A DNA stretch of 64,000 bases from Sluysia triapertura (GCA_046118255.1 JBJNIA010000004.1:1-64000); one strand, 5' to 3'. Numbered from the stretch's first letter, positions 1-15,233 are shown. The notes: a model not told the origin generated them from the letters alone. Program-made: numbers and translations.

Positions 1-1270
1 TTTAATTTAAATTTTATTAATTTATTATTATTATTTAAATTTTTTCTTAATTTTATTTATTTATTATTTTAAAATTTCAATAATAGATTTATTAATTTTA
101 TTATTTTCTATAATAACAATATTGATTTTTTGAAAACAAATAAATTCAACAAAATACAACAAATAAAAATTACAAAAATTAACTTTACAACTTATTTAAT
201 ACTCACTCTCTATTTGATTTTATTTTAGGATTATAATAACTATATCAAAGTACTTAATCTTTTTACTTGGCTCCTTAATAGTAATTAAAATAAAATTACA
301 ATTGATTTATTTATTATATAATCAAATAGATTATTAAATGCAGTTGCGTATACTAAAAATGTAATTACAACAATTAATTACTCGAGTTTAAGATTATTAT
401 TATCTGTTAAAATTATCAGTTTGACCACTATCTTTCTAGATTAAATATTTAGAATATTAATATTAATAAGTGTTGGTGAAATGATCGGTTCTATTGATTT
501 TCCGTCTCGAATTAATTTCTGTTCAACCAAAAAACTAGTTGCTTGGGTCCGCTTTCCTTTTATAATATTTAGTGATTCCAAATCCGAATGTTAAATAATT
601 TATTTATATATTGCGAATCAAATAATTTGTAATATAACAGTAATTTATCAATGTAAAAATTCATCAAAATCAGTATAATAATTTGTGTATTATAATATGA
701 TTGTACTAATCAGTATGATATTGGAATAATTTATTGATACAATAATTTTTATTTTATGAATCAAATAATTTGTATAATCAGTATAAATAAATCAGTATAA
801 TAATTCGTGTATTATTGTAAAAGTAATTACAAATCAATATAATAATTTGTATCAAGTTATAGCACATCATATTAGTTTTATTATTTCAAACTCGAGTGTT
901 ATGATTGCAAATATTGGAAACTTTTGAAATTTTGTTAAATTTATTAAATATTTATAGTATTTATTTGTACTGCATGTACATTGTTATTTGATCTTTGTAT
1001 ACTTAATTATTTACTTTTTCATTGATTGTTACGTGAACTGTATTGGTAAAATTATTTATGGAAAATTAGAATTTAGAATAATAATTACTTAAAAGACAAT
1101 GTTATGATTTTTATTTTATGTACACAAAGGAAGTGAAACCTTATTAAATATATAGTTACTATTAGTTCGAAAAGTGTTGTTAATGAACATATTAACCCAA
1201 TAGTTGAAGACGTATAAAACTGTACTTTAATAAAATTTTCCAGTGTTACTTATATAGATATTATTTTTAG

Positions 1271-1469
1271 AGCTTCTACTGTCCATGAAAGATCTCAAAG
1301 TTCACCAATACCCATAGTTCCTGATAGTTATAATAGTTATATTCTTCCAACAAATAAAATTACTTCGTCAAATGAATCGACGAAAACTATCACTACCGGT
1401 GTTGATGATACAGTAGTTGCTGATAGACCCGGTAAACGAGTTACTACTTCTAGACCTTCTTCCATGCAG
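1271..1469 (+). CDS. Probable PKC hinge (V3) exon, Ser/Thr-rich (ASTVHERSQSSPIP...RPSSMQ)
   Basis: TTTTTAG acceptor and CAG|GTTTGG donor; 66 open codons; GC-richer than flanks; phase-0 end joins in frame to the kinase exon at 4169. Confidence 0.55.
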
Positions 1470-1633
1470 GTTTGGCTTTTGTACAAAAATCTTCAAAGTA
1501 TATTTATTTTTCGAAATAAATTTATTTAATTTTAATTTTAGTAATTTTAGTAATCTGTCTTAAAAATTTTATCTTTTCCATTTTTAGTTGAATTATTTTA
1601 TAGATTTAATTCATTTCAATTTTGATTAAATTA

Positions 1634-1754
1634 CACCTATCCCCCGATTTACACGGTAGATACGTTCCTGAGAAAAACGTAAAAAAACTTATTTGGAAAA
1701 CCGTGTAAAACGAAAAAGTGTAAAACAAGTACCGTGTAAATCGGGGGATAGGTG
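1634..1754. mobile_element. 121-bp MITE, Tc1/mariner-pogo superfamily type
   Basis: Perfect 25-bp TIRs CACCTATCCCCCGATTTACACGGTA / TACCGTGTAAATCGGGGGATAGGTG with TA on both sides. Confidence 0.85.
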
Positions 1755-2544
1755 TATTTATATTCTGAATATAGATTTATTTCTTAAAAAACTTAGATAA
1801 AAACGATAAAGTAAACAGTCTATTATTTTCCTATTGTTTTCTAACAAAGTATTTTTATTGGTTAATCTGTAACTTTAAAAATAACCACATTTAAATAATA
1901 ATTTAATATGAAGTAATTTATTATAACAAAATGATTCGAAATGTCTTAATGAGCGTATAAAATAAATCTTAAGTCTATTTGTAATTATCTAAATATTTTT
2001 TACTTCTGTTTTAAATAAAATTAAATGATATTAGTTGAGTTTAACATTTATGTAAGATATATTATTCAATATATAAACTATATTCAATAGTTTGATTCAA
2101 AAATAATTTTGAATAGTTAATTTAACAACCATTATTTCAATTAAATATGATTCAACTATGTTTCTATTATAATCAATTTAGGTAGACAAAGTGTGACTTT
2201 CAGGATAAACTAAGATCTTGACGACCTTCAATGAACATACTCAATGAATCCAAAACTACTTGAATCCAAAAAATTCGACGCTCCACATAATTTGATAATA
2301 GAGTAGAAAATGTTTTAGGCTTTCATTTGTAATTTCTTTATAATCTGTTATTATCTATTATTTATTATATGCTAATAAGAGTAGCAAAAATCAGTGAGTT
2401 AATCAACTAGATGAACCGACTTCTCAAAGTGACTTTCACTCAATAAAAGTTCTGTTGTGTTTGTTTGGATACAAATAGAATAATGCTATATGAATTATTA
2501 AAAATATGTGAAACACTATTGTTTGATACATTTTGTCACAATTA

Positions 2545-2790
2545 CATCACTTACTTCAGAATAAGTTAGAAGTTCGGCCAGCATTGCTTCGTGACATTAC
2601 AACACAGCACACTTTGAATTGGGAATTTAATTGGGAAATTCTGCCGCATTCCAGTTGCATTCCAAATACTGTTTCAATATATTCAACATTTTTTAGAAGC
2701 CAAAATTTGAAAGAGATATAAATCTGGAATTGACAAAATCGAAATATTGGACAATAAAATAGATGGACTGTGATTATTTTATTGAATAAA
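2545..2790 (+). mobile_element. Decayed mariner (DD34D) transposase fragment
   Basis: RPALLRD...NWEILPH...LFQYIQHFL resembles mariner LLHDN / WEVLPHPPYSPDL / LF.SLQ..L; deletions and frameshifts. Confidence 0.45.
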
Positions 2791-4168
2791 TATACTTTGA
2801 ATTTATCAGTAGATTTTATTTTATTTTTTCGCTTTCTTCCATTGGTTTATATAAGCATATTCCATGTTGCATAGAAACGTGTTTTTGAAAATGTATAATT
2901 TTCAATTAATTTAATAAGGATGAAATATTTTTATTTATTTTTATAAATATATTATTTTCATCTAACTAATTTTGAGAATACAATTAACATATAATATTGG
3001 TTTAATCTCTAGTAAACTTATGAACAAAGATTTTTGTTATTTAAAATATGTTCAAAATTTAAAAACTGTATTCAAGTCAATTGAATAAAATATTTTAAAA
3101 GTCCAGATTAGTGACAGTAGGTTTTTCAATTTATATAAACAATACAATGTAAATTCGTTGTTTTATTGAAGCTGTGTAACACTTTATTTATTAGTATATT
3201 ATATTAAATAGTATATAACATTAGCAATGTTCTTTGACTTTGTCAAATATATATTATTCGCGATAAATACAATAAAAATATTGTCAATGTTTTATAAAAA
3301 CAAACTGAAGTCATGTTTTGAATAAAACATGAATATTTCAGTTTGAAGACATGTACTTTGTATATCTAACAAAATATAAGTTTATACTACTTTTGAATTG
3401 ATACAAATTCTGAAAAGTTAATTAATAAATTATTAATCAATTAATAAAAATACATTGGGTTCTTTGAATAATAAAATTTGAATCTGTTCCAAACAATTAA
3501 TATCAAAATGAAGAACTAATTTAAATCAAATAATATTCTTAAGCATTTAGTATAATTTTTAGTTATTAATTTAGAAATTTATTTTAAAATTAAAACTTCA
3601 CGAAACATAAGAAAATATACATGTAATTTTTGAAGAATTATATTTTTTGAAAACTGCCAATTATTTTCTGTTAAATTTTCCATTTGATTTAAAACATATG
3701 AATAGAAGCTAAACATAACTTGTAATCAGCAAAATTTATATCTAAATAAAAATAAATTGATAGAGACAATAAATAAACCATAATTCTCGAAATATGTGCT
3801 GATGAAAATTAAATATGAGCAGTGAGAAAGTGCACCAATGTGTTTGAAATCCTTTGCAACTCTGATTTCTATGTACAACCAATTTTGAGATTAGCAGTTA
3901 CTTTGGAATTTACTAAAATAATCAAGGATTCCAAGAATGTTTCACATCATAAATATAGAAATATTTTACATGAATTACTTCGTTGCCTTAGTCACAGTTG
4001 TAAAACTTGACAAAAATACATTTGCAATCAAGGCGTTCATATCATTAGTGTTTTGAAACAAGTATTAAAATCGATTTTTTTCGTTTTATCATTAATAATA
4101 TAATATAATAAAATATAAAATAATAATAATATAAAAATATAATATAATGCTTATTAAAATTATATTAG

Positions 4169-4429
<261 letters not shown>

Positions 4430-5075
4430 TAGAATAATCATTTATTATTATCTGAGATCAAGTTAAAGATTAGAAATATTAAATACAAAATTTAAAATAA
4501 ATATTGATCTTACTTTGTAGCTAACTCAAAACGAATCGAAATATTTTGAAAATAACTCAAATCATTTTGTAAGCAAAATAAATACTTAAAACCGAGAAGC
4601 TGTAGAAAAATTAATCAAGGATCTGCCACACTTAATTAGCATACAAAGACAACTACAATTCGAATAGTGCCATCGATAAAAACGATCATTAACGCATATG
4701 AGTACTATTTAAATTAATTATATGCCAAAATTATAATATAGAATGTAATTAACAATTTTATAAAAGAAAGTAACCAAACAATCACCAAAATGCTTAGAAT
4801 ATAGTTATGTACATACAATTTAATGTAGTATGAAATTTGTAATGGAGAGAAATTAACTACAGCAAAAATATTATATAATGAAAAATAAATATTTATTGAC
4901 CATAATATAATATTTACACAAAACATTATATAAAATAATGTTTCTAAAAACAATAATATCTTACAATGATAACAAATCAAGCCAGTACACAAATAATCTG
5001 AGAAATTAATCTTATTTCATTGAAGGGTAATGAAATTGTCATAAGTATAATATCTAAAATTTAAATTTAATTTAA

Positions 5076-5900
5076 CTCATTACTGGCCGTTGACGTTGTA
5101 ATACGTCATTTTTTATTCGAAATTCAGTAGTAGTAGTATGTTTTTTGACAGAATAACTTTGTTTTGCTGTCAAACAGTCGATTAAGAATTAAAATTAATT
5201 AACTTAATCAATTAAAATTAAAAATAAATTTCCAATAAAATAAATTAACTTTTGATAAATTTAATTTTCATTCGTGAAATAATTACGTGGCAATTTTTAT
5301 TTTTTTAAAAATTTTATAACTTTTTATTTTTTGTATTGATAAAACTTGTGATTCCTACGATAGCAAAGCTTTGATCGCAAATAAATATACAATTGCAATC
5401 TTCAAAAGACTATAAATAGATTGTAATAAATACAAATGTATTAGTATTTTTTAAATTACATTAATTATTTGTGCGCCTCCTTGGTATATGTACCCACAGA
5501 TTTATAAAACAATTTTAAGTGGGTATGTCTGTGTTTGTGGAAATTGAAAAATCAGGTGAATGAGATGTAGGTATGTGTATTTTTACATTATTTGGTGTTT
5601 CCAAAAGATGTACGTTGGTAGTGGCAATTTGAAATCAAAAGTCGTAGTCGGAAAAATTGGAAATTTTATTTAAACATTTGTAATGGCAACAACGACCAAA
5701 AGTACGGCATTTCCGACTTGAAATCATGTCTAAAATTTATTTATTCTACTTGTAGATGTGCATAAAGAGTACGTGATGATTTATTGGATGATAATCTCTC
5801 CGTATTTTTAGTTTTTCATTTTCATATTAACAAAATCACGTTTTTTGTTTGGGGTTTTTCCTCAAATCCGTAATTTTCTCTATTTGGTACTCACATGTGA
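5076..5900 (-). mobile_element. Decayed piggyBac transposase remnant in a PKC intron
   Basis: Frameshifted minus-strand pieces PK..KNVILL and LDM.S..C..R..PL.MF match the piggyBac C-terminal half; TTAA|CTCATT end at 5072-5081. Confidence 0.4.
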
Positions 5901-6083
5901 TGAGTACCACTCCTTACTACTAACATTTCGTTTTTGTTTTCTATTAACTTCTTAATTTAAGAGGATATTTTTAGGTATTTTTTTCTTGATTTCAGAACTT
6001 TTAAGTTGTTTCTTTTGAAGCGACTGAGATTACTAAAATATTTTAGTTTTATTTAATTTCGATTTATAAGTGTTTATTTTTAA

Positions 6084-6276
6084 CACTAGAAAAGCCAGAA
6101 TTTTTAATACCTAGAAAACCCACGTACGTCAATTGACGCAAATGCTTGCATTTGGCTGATGCATTCAGAAGTGTGTTGGAATTAAGGTTATGAAATCGTG
6201 TTTTTCATAATTTTCCCGTGACGGCATTACTCAAATATATCATCTGCGTCAATTGACGCACTTGGTTCTTCTAGTG
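6084..6276. mobile_element. piggyBac-type MITE
   Basis: TTAA on both sides; TIRs CACTAGAA / TTCTAGTG; two internal palindromes CGTCAATTGACG. Confidence 0.8.
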
Positions 6277-6345
6277 TTAACCAAAAATACTTCTACCTAC
6301 ATTTTATGTAATATATAAATGACAAGTTTTTATTTGTAATTTTAG

Positions 6346-6657
<312 letters not shown>

Positions 6658-6811
6658 TAAAAATATTTTACTATTACGTATTTAATATGACTTTGACCTG
6701 TAATCCTTCTTTACAAATATGTGTTTATTGAGGTCTGGCTTTATTTTCGTTTGCGTTTTTTAAATTCAATAAATTCCAAATCTTTCTTAAAATTATTTTG
6801 ATATTTTGATA

Positions 6812-7581
6812 CTACCTCTGTTCAAAAATGATTGTCTCACTTGACATTTGTTACTAACTTAGCAGTGTAAGATGACAATGAGCCATTTGTTTATGAACAA
6901 TAGAATCATAAAATCATAAAATAATTTTTGGGAAGTAATTGTTCAGTTTATAATTTTATAAATAACTAGCAATTTCTGAAATTTGTAATTTTTGGTTGTG
7001 TACTAAAATAACCCGCTGCTATTTTCTTTTCAGTCCAAATAACTTTAAATCATTGAAATCAAACGTTCTGGAGTAAAGTACGGAATTTAAGTGACGAGGA
7101 GAGAACTTCTGGTGCGATCTGTCAATAGGAAATTGCCAAAATGAACAATTATAGATGTTGCTGGAGAATTTAAAAAGCTCCCGCAAACAATTTCACGAAT
7201 TTGGGCGAAAGTCCGTCAATGTACACTCCAAAGCATGAAATTTGCTAATGTCAGTTCCAGCGTTAAAGGAAATTCTGGTCGCAATAAGTTGTCGACAAGA
7301 ACTTCAAAACGAAATTTTAGCACTAGCAAAATGCGGCAGAAAATATTTTATTGACTCTTAAAAAAGTGTTCGAAAGTTCAATGTTAGCTGGAGGAGGCAA
7401 TAATTGTGAAGAAAGGATAAACTTCCAGAAACATTAACATGCAATTTGAAGCAATTGAAACTGCTCGCAATGTATTACGAGATGTGTATTAATATAATAT
7501 AAAATATTTTCATAAAAAAGTTGTCTAAAGCGAAATTGATGTTAATATATTGTATAATTAATCATTTTTGAACGAAGGTTT
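6812..7581 (+). mobile_element. Internally deleted DD39D (plant/oomycete-type mariner) element
   Basis: Stowaway-like TIR CTACCTCTGTTCAAAAATGAT after TA, with a near-inverse at about 7560-7581. Frameshifted peptides RNLSDEER, SVNRKLPK*TIIDVAGEF...TISRIW...NVSS.VKGNSGR and LTLKKVFESSMLAGGGNN. Confidence 0.75.
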
Positions 7582-8048
7582 ATTTAATTTAATTTATTGG
7601 TTTATTTAATTGATAATTTTATTTTAGAATTATTAAGATGCTTTAAAGTTATATTTTTTTTAAAATTTCTATTTTTAAAATTAATTTTTACATTTATTAA
7701 TTATATTTTTATATATTTTTAATATATTTTTGTATATTACAAATTACAGACCTATAAAAATAATTTCTTTAATAATAAATTTAAGTAATAGTGCCGAATG
7801 AAGTTAATAAATTAATAATATTTTCATCTACGTTGCTCAGATATTCAAATTTTCATTGTTATTTATTCAGCGTCATGATTTGTTGCTGTTGTTGATGATG
7901 ATGATTATTATTATTATTACTGTTATTATTATTAATATTATTAATTATTGTTAGTATTGAGAACGAAATTTATGATATTATTATTTTATATTATCTTTTT
8001 ACTTTAACATTAAGGCATTTTCATGATTTAAATTTACAATTATATTAG

Positions 8049-8237
8049 ATTTTGGCTGAGCAGGATTATGGATTCAGTGTTGATTGGTGGGCTCTTGGTG
8101 TCCTGATGTATGAAATGATGGCTGGTGCTCCTCCGTTCGAAGGAGATACGGAACAAGATTTATTTAATGCCATTTCATACGAAACAGTCACATTTCCTAC
8201 TGGTCTCAATGTCAGTTCAGTTGACATAGTTACTAGG
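8049..8237 (+). CDS. PRKCE: Novel PKC kinase domain exon, subdomains IX-X
   Basis: [32 protein letters not shown]...; AG/GT, phase 0. Confidence 0.95.
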
Positions 8238-9059
8238 GTTAGTTTAAATATGATTAAGTTGCATTAATTAATTTCTAAATCTAATTACGGTAGAAATCCA
8301 AATATAAATAATTAAATATTAAAAATTCACTATTATCAATTTTTTGAGAACTAAAAATAAAAGATACAACAGTTTGAAAAACTCGTTGTCTTTTTTTGCG
8401 CAAATAAAATCACACAATTGTTCATACTAACACAAGTAATATTAAAATAAATAATAGGTCTTACGTGAATTGATACATGTTTACCTTTTAAAATATGATT
8501 TCTTTTGAAATTAAACAGTCACAATACTATTAAAATGCCTGACAGCAAACTAAAAGTTAGTAATAAAGGATAACATAGATTCCAAAATTAATAAGAAAGA
8601 AAATATTTTATTGTTAAAACAAAGTAAAACAAACACACACTGTTTTTTATTTTAAAAATTATTTACTTAATTCGCGTGCAAATATGTCTTAATGCTGGGT
8701 TCACTTATGATTTACGATTTATGCGCAAGGATTTTTTAAGGTAAATATGAACTGTTATCAAGTATGCTTTACTTAACTTGTGTGTTTATTGATTCTCGAA
8801 ACTGTGAATAATTTAAGGTTGGTCAATTTTTTAAACTATAAAATATCTATTTAGCTTTATTATGACAATCTTATGATTTATATTTCTCAATTAAATAAGA
8901 AGGTATAAGTCACCAATTTTTATTTTATTACAATATATATATTNNNNNNNNNNNNNNNNNNNNNNNNNNNNNNNNNNNNNNNNNNNNNNNNNNNNNNNNN
9001 NNNNNNNNNNNNNNNNNNNNNNNNNNNNNNNNNNNNNNNNNNNATAGTAATACGAAAAG

Positions 9060-9124
9060 TGTTGACGCTCGAATTAACTCGAGTGTGCTCATTTCTGCAG
9101 GTTTACCTCGCTCGAGTTAAGGGG
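9060..9124. mobile_element. Probable right end of a piggyBac-type element (rest in the gap)
   Basis: Ends AGTTAAGGGG|TTAA, similar to the element end at 24666. Confidence 0.35.
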
Positions 9125-10196
9125 TTAATTAACTTTTAAATTTTAATAATTTCTTATTATTAATTTTAATATAAATTTCAGAAATTTATGCATAAAAGGT
9201 TTAGGTTTAGAAACGCTGAAATGTTATTTTTATGAAATATACAATGACAATATTTATTGGAATAATTTTTTTACAGACCTTTGTAACTAAAGTAACTTCA
9301 TTCATCATTAAATTTTGTTTGCTATTTTTTATTTAAAAGGGTTAATTCAATAAAAATAAAATCAAAATTGGGTTTATTCAGTTATTTTTTACGAAAAGAA
9401 TTCATTTTCTGTTTCAAATAAATCACACAAACATCTTATTCGTCAAGTATCATCCATGTGACATATTCAATACTTTACTATGACAAATTTTTTGTATAAA
9501 CCAACAATTTTTTTCTATATGTACAAAATAAATGACTATTGAGAATACTTTAAATAATATCAGTGTTATTTTATAATTAAATATACTCCAAGATATTTAC
9601 AAATTTTCATAAGAAATGAAATATATAAATTTAATTTTTCAATAAAACTTCCGGTTTAATTAATTCAATATTTTGATATTTTGATATAGGAATTTTCGCT
9701 TGCAGTTTCTTGTTATTTGATATATTATATCAGTATTGTTTAAATAATTAAAATTTTTAAATAATATTAAAAATAAAGGTTTACATTTAAGCCACGAAGT
9801 TTCAAATCTTGACATGTTTTACCTTGTAACTAATAATATTTTACCGTTCTGATTTTTGTTGGATCGTTATATATCTCGTCTGTTTAAAGAAATCATTGTA
9901 AGTTCTAAAAAATGTTAAAAAGGTTTCTAGAAACATTTCTAGAATGGTGAAAATGTCCCACAGAATATATCTCAATCACATCCTCTCATGGTATCCCAAG
10001 ATCCGAAATCCTGCATATTTTCCGGCAATAGCTGCAGCTTCAGGACCTGATCTTAATCAAATGAACTGAAAAAAAAGTTATATCACCCTTCTTTTTCGTG
10101 ATGTTTCAATTTTCCCTTTTTCTATATTTTTTGTTTTTGTATATAAGTTATCATTTCAGGCATCGATTTAGGCAATTTATATAAAATGAAACTTTG

Positions 10197-10276
<80 letters not shown>
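10197..10276. repeat. (TAT)n microsatellite
   Basis: Perfect trinucleotide run. Confidence 0.95.
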
Positions 10277-10970
10277 GGCGTTTTTTCACCATACTCCATA
10301 TTTACTACCCTTCTTATGCAATTTGGGGAACATTTTAATATGTAAACAATTTAAATCTGACAATATTGTAAAGCAGGCCTTCAAAGAATTCATGGTTTTA
10401 CACCACTAGCCCTAACAACCTGCTCCTTAAATGGCAAAAGTGTTTAGACAATATAGGTGCATACTTTGATGAATAAAACAATTCATTATATTTCTAAGTT
10501 ATCAATCCACTTTGTCTTTTTTCAACAACCTGATAATTCCAGGAGAAAGTCTGAAAATTATTTAACTTATGTTATCAAAAAATATAACTAAAATTTATCT
10601 ATAAGTTGTAATAAACTGAGTTATACTTTTAATTAATCTAATTAGAAATAAATTAGTTATAAGAAATTATAATATTCTAGGTTTTAAAATTTGTTTTGAA
10701 ATGAATGAATAATTTTGCAAGTAATTAAATTTATTAATAAATCTGTAAGACATTTTCAGGTTTCTAAGCAAAACTTTAATAATCTGAATTTTTTCCGTAC
10801 CTGAGACTTCTCTGTTTATATATTTTTCCGTTAAACAATGTATTCATACATTAAGAGGAAGATTACTTAAACATTTGGAGAAGTTTAGTATGTAAATGTA
10901 AGAAAATTACGTGGAATATGACAGTGAGCAAGTTACGAGTTAGAAAAAGTTACAAATAAGCTTATTTAAG

Positions 10971-11068
10971 ATAATAATAATAATAATAATAATCATCATC
11001 ATCATCGTCATCATCATCATCATCGTCATCATCATCATCGTCATCATCATCATCATCATCGTAATAAT
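10971..11068. repeat. Compound (AAT)n(CAT)n microsatellite
   Basis: Direct reading. Confidence 0.9.
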
Positions 11069-14000
11069 CACCATTCATATTTTTCTTGTCAATATTAATT
11101 ACAATAATGTATACTTATTTAAATATTATCATAAATATTTAGTAAAAATACTTGAGATTAAAATCAAATTTTATTTAAAATGAATATATATATTTTATTA
11201 TGTGTTATTAAATTTTGATTTTATTTTACATAAACAGTTTTAAAATGTGAAATGAAACAAAATATTTACGTAGTTTTTAATATGAGCCTAAATCAAAATC
11301 TGTCACTATTATTTAACTTTTGTTATTTTTATACCAATTTTTCCATTTTTTCTCAAATCACATCTTTACTAAGTCAGTAAATTAAATTAACAGTATACAG
11401 TACTATTTGCTACAGAGTACATAGTTTGTAAAAATCAGTTTCATATTTCATATTACGATAATTAAATCAAAATTGAGTTTTCTTGATGTTTTATAACTCC
11501 CTGATTCTGATTTGATGTAGTAATACTAATCGAATATTGATTTTGATCATATTTGTCATGCCCTGATTGTTTATAGTTTTAGAAAATGTAGAAAAAACAA
11601 GGTTAAAGATGACAATTAGAATATGTGGTTTTATATGGCATATTATTGTAAGGATAATGAAAAATTCAGACAACTAATGAAATTATATTTTAGTTGTTCT
11701 ATTACATAATTTTCTATAATTTTCATATTTTTTGTTTCATTAGTTTCTGTCTTTAATGCTTCATTCATAAGATTCGATAATGTTATCATAAATGGTACAA
11801 ATATTAACTCCACTTAGGATATCCGAACTCATTAAAAAATAAAGATATAATGAGGATATAGAAAAATAAGAATTTAATTTTTAATCCATAATTAATAAGA
11901 TATCTAACAAAATTCTTAATCACGATCTTAGATCATCAAATGGTCTTTTGTAGATTCAATCTTTCATAACCAATTCATAACGTTATTCATTAAACTATTT
12001 AGGTTATAATTCATTCATAATATTCGTATTAAACAATCCTCAAGTTTCAACAATTCATATTTTATATAGCTTTTTAATTAATTCTGTTCAATCCTAAAAA
12101 TAATCAGCATCAAAAGCTAAAGTTACAAATTTAAATTAATAACCTTAATAATCAATTTAATAATTAATTTAATAATATGAAAAAAATAATAATGATAATA
12201 ATAATACATTAATTAATATTATTATATATTAAGCAAGGGTGGAATATTACGTCATGTCACAAAAAAATTATAATTCTGTCTGCAAAACCAATGAAATATA
12301 TGCCAATTCATATTTCGTAGGAGTAAACAAAAAACTTTGGCAAAAATATAAATAAAATAAAAATAAAAATAAAATTTAATAAAAATAAAAATTATAACGT
12401 TTAAAGTTTAAGCAAAAATTGGTGATACTTTCGACATTGTACTAAATAAAAATTGTCTGATTATGTCTATTTTAATGCTAAAAGTCTTAGTAATGTATTT
12501 CTGATGAGATTTGATGATTTTATTAATGTGATTAATGCCAACGAAGAAGAAACTCCACTTTCTATTGGTCAGAATGCTAATATTTTTGTTACGCGAAAAT
12601 CGCTACGATCTTTCATTATCTATTGTAAAAGTAAATATATTTAGTCCAGATTTGTTTAGAGTAACATGAAAACTGCTATGGTTCATTATGTAGTCAGAGA
12701 TTCTGCATGGATAAGATAGATTGCAATGTAATGATGGACAACAAATATTTCGATAAAAACTGCACCAAAATATTTATTGAAGTTGAGATTGTACGAATGA
12801 TAATCCTGTTCCTGTTAAAAATCTCTTATGGTTAAGTCAATTAAAGGATAATGTTCAATATCCACAGTTAAGCGAAGACCATGGCGATACGTACGAATAG
12901 AACTAAATTATCGTTTTAGTGATTAAAAGTCATTATGAAAGTAAGAGGATCAAAAGACTCGGAAAACTCTAGTAGTGTGTTAAAATTCAATCTTAATCGA
13001 AATAAAGTAGCAAGTCATCATTATCTTGCAGGAAATTTCATAGTGCTACCACGAATATGTTACAGTAATATATCGCAATTAAATTTTTGTATAAATTTGT
13101 ATTACCTATTTTATTATGTTATTATAAAACAATTATATTTTAGAATTGTTTATTTACAAATTAAAAATAACTTTAAACTCTATGAGATTCAAGTTTGAAA
13201 TGGGAGTTGAAATGAACTCTCACCAATTCTTATAATTCGGCATTAAGATTGAAATAAATCTCATCCGATAAGCGATAATTCATATAATGACATAAAAATT
13301 AATGAAGAACTTATCTTAACTCTAAGATCACACATGATGAAAGTTATAAAAATTACATTAAATACAAATAATAAAGAAATGACAAAAATGATTTATGTGT
13401 AATGTACATTTACGTATTAACAAAATTTTATGTTATTTGTATATTTATTTATAAATAAATAAAATGTCTTGTGTGATAAAATGAGACAGGAACAAGGTTA
13501 TTGACTCGAAAATCAAGAAATTTTCAGGGAGAAGTAATGTGGAAAATTATTAATTTTTTAAAATTAATTTCACTGTTATTTTAATATATTTTTATTGAAC
13601 AAAAATAGAATTAGGCATTATTATCTGTATATTAAATTATAACTTCAAGAAATATACATTGAACAAATAATAAATATTACGCCATTCAAATAATATATAT
13701 AAGTTGTAAGCAGTATTTTAGAAGAAACTTATATGGAGGTATAAGTAAGTTTATATTAAATCGATTATACTTTTTGGGCAAAACAACTGTGTTTTATATA
13801 ATATTAATATTAGCTTTTTAAGAAATTATTAAAGGTTAGTTAAAAATGCTCAAAGAACTTTTGTTATTTTAAAAATAAATACAAATGATATTTTGAGTGT
13901 ATTTGTCAACCGTATTTCAAAAACGGTGAACCTTAATTTATAATTTCTCTTTTATATATAATTTGAGTATATTTTTCGTCCGAATAACATCTGCGACCTT

Positions 14001-15233
14001 ATTTTAGACAATAAATAAAAATTAAGCAATATCTTTAAGAAAATGTATTATTAAATTTACAAAAATATATAATGACAAGATAATAAGTTTATTAAGATTA
14101 TTGTATAATCTTTTTATAAATATTTTTACAAATTATTACCTCACATCTTAAAAAGGTTTTGAAAGATAATTACAAAAATCAGATTAAGTAACAAATTACT
14201 ATCAATTAAAATTGATTAAACTTAGACAAATCAAATTAACGGTTTTAATCTACGAAAAAAGATCCGGTTAAATAAATAATTTTCTTTTTGAATTATGTAG
14301 ACTTGAACGAGCGAATAGTGAATGTGGTATAATGCACGTATGGAGCTTTAACAGTTAGTGTCGAACAGTTGGATTTCCAATGAAAAATTATGTTTTCGTT
14401 TATGAAAAATTGAGATTTGCAAATAATGCATATATATTTATACACTTTTTTATGTGACCTCGACCGATTTAAAAGGAAAAAATTAACTTATTAAAGATAT
14501 AATTTTGATAATGATTTTAATAAAATAACAATAATAATAAATAAAGATAACAATAATAATAACAAAAATAATAATTATAACAATAATAGCACTAATTAGG
14601 TTAAAACTATCAATAAACTATTTTTAACCAAAAAATCAATAACATATTTTATTTATTTCAATAATGCATATTCTATTCATACACACATTTATTTATTTTT
14701 AGAGACAACTTATTTCAATAATGCATACATTATTTATTATAGACATTAAACACATAATTATGTACTTTCTTAAAATTTATTTTTAGATTTAGGTTTATAT
14801 ATTTGACTATTTATTTTTAGATTGAACACGTATACTTGACAATATTATTAAGATATTTTATCAAAATTTACAGTTGTCTTTATTGTTGTTTATTTAAATT
14901 CATTTTTAATTTGACATTATATATTGTTGTATCATCAAAATTTACAATTATATACTAATGTTCATATAATACATCATATTGATGGTTTCAAATTGATTAA
15001 TATAATTTTTAAAATTAAAGATTTTCTTTCAACAATCTTACGAATATCATCAAATTTATACGAATTATAATAAAATCAAATTTGCTTATATTAATTCAAA
15101 AAACTTAAAAACAGATCATTTTAGATCTAATATAAAATCATAAAAAATAACCTTGCTATATAACTGACCTAAATTACTTCAAACAGTACATTTTACTTTA
15201 TGATCTCCATAAAACGTGCAATCATATTCTTAC

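Noticed and set aside
2182-2300. GC-richer stretch after TTTAG as an extra PKC exon
   Set aside because: Stops in all three frames from both candidate acceptors
11780-12010. Minus-strand HLMI*DRD resembling TIR-domain box 2
   Set aside because: Many stops and no other TIR boxes recognisable
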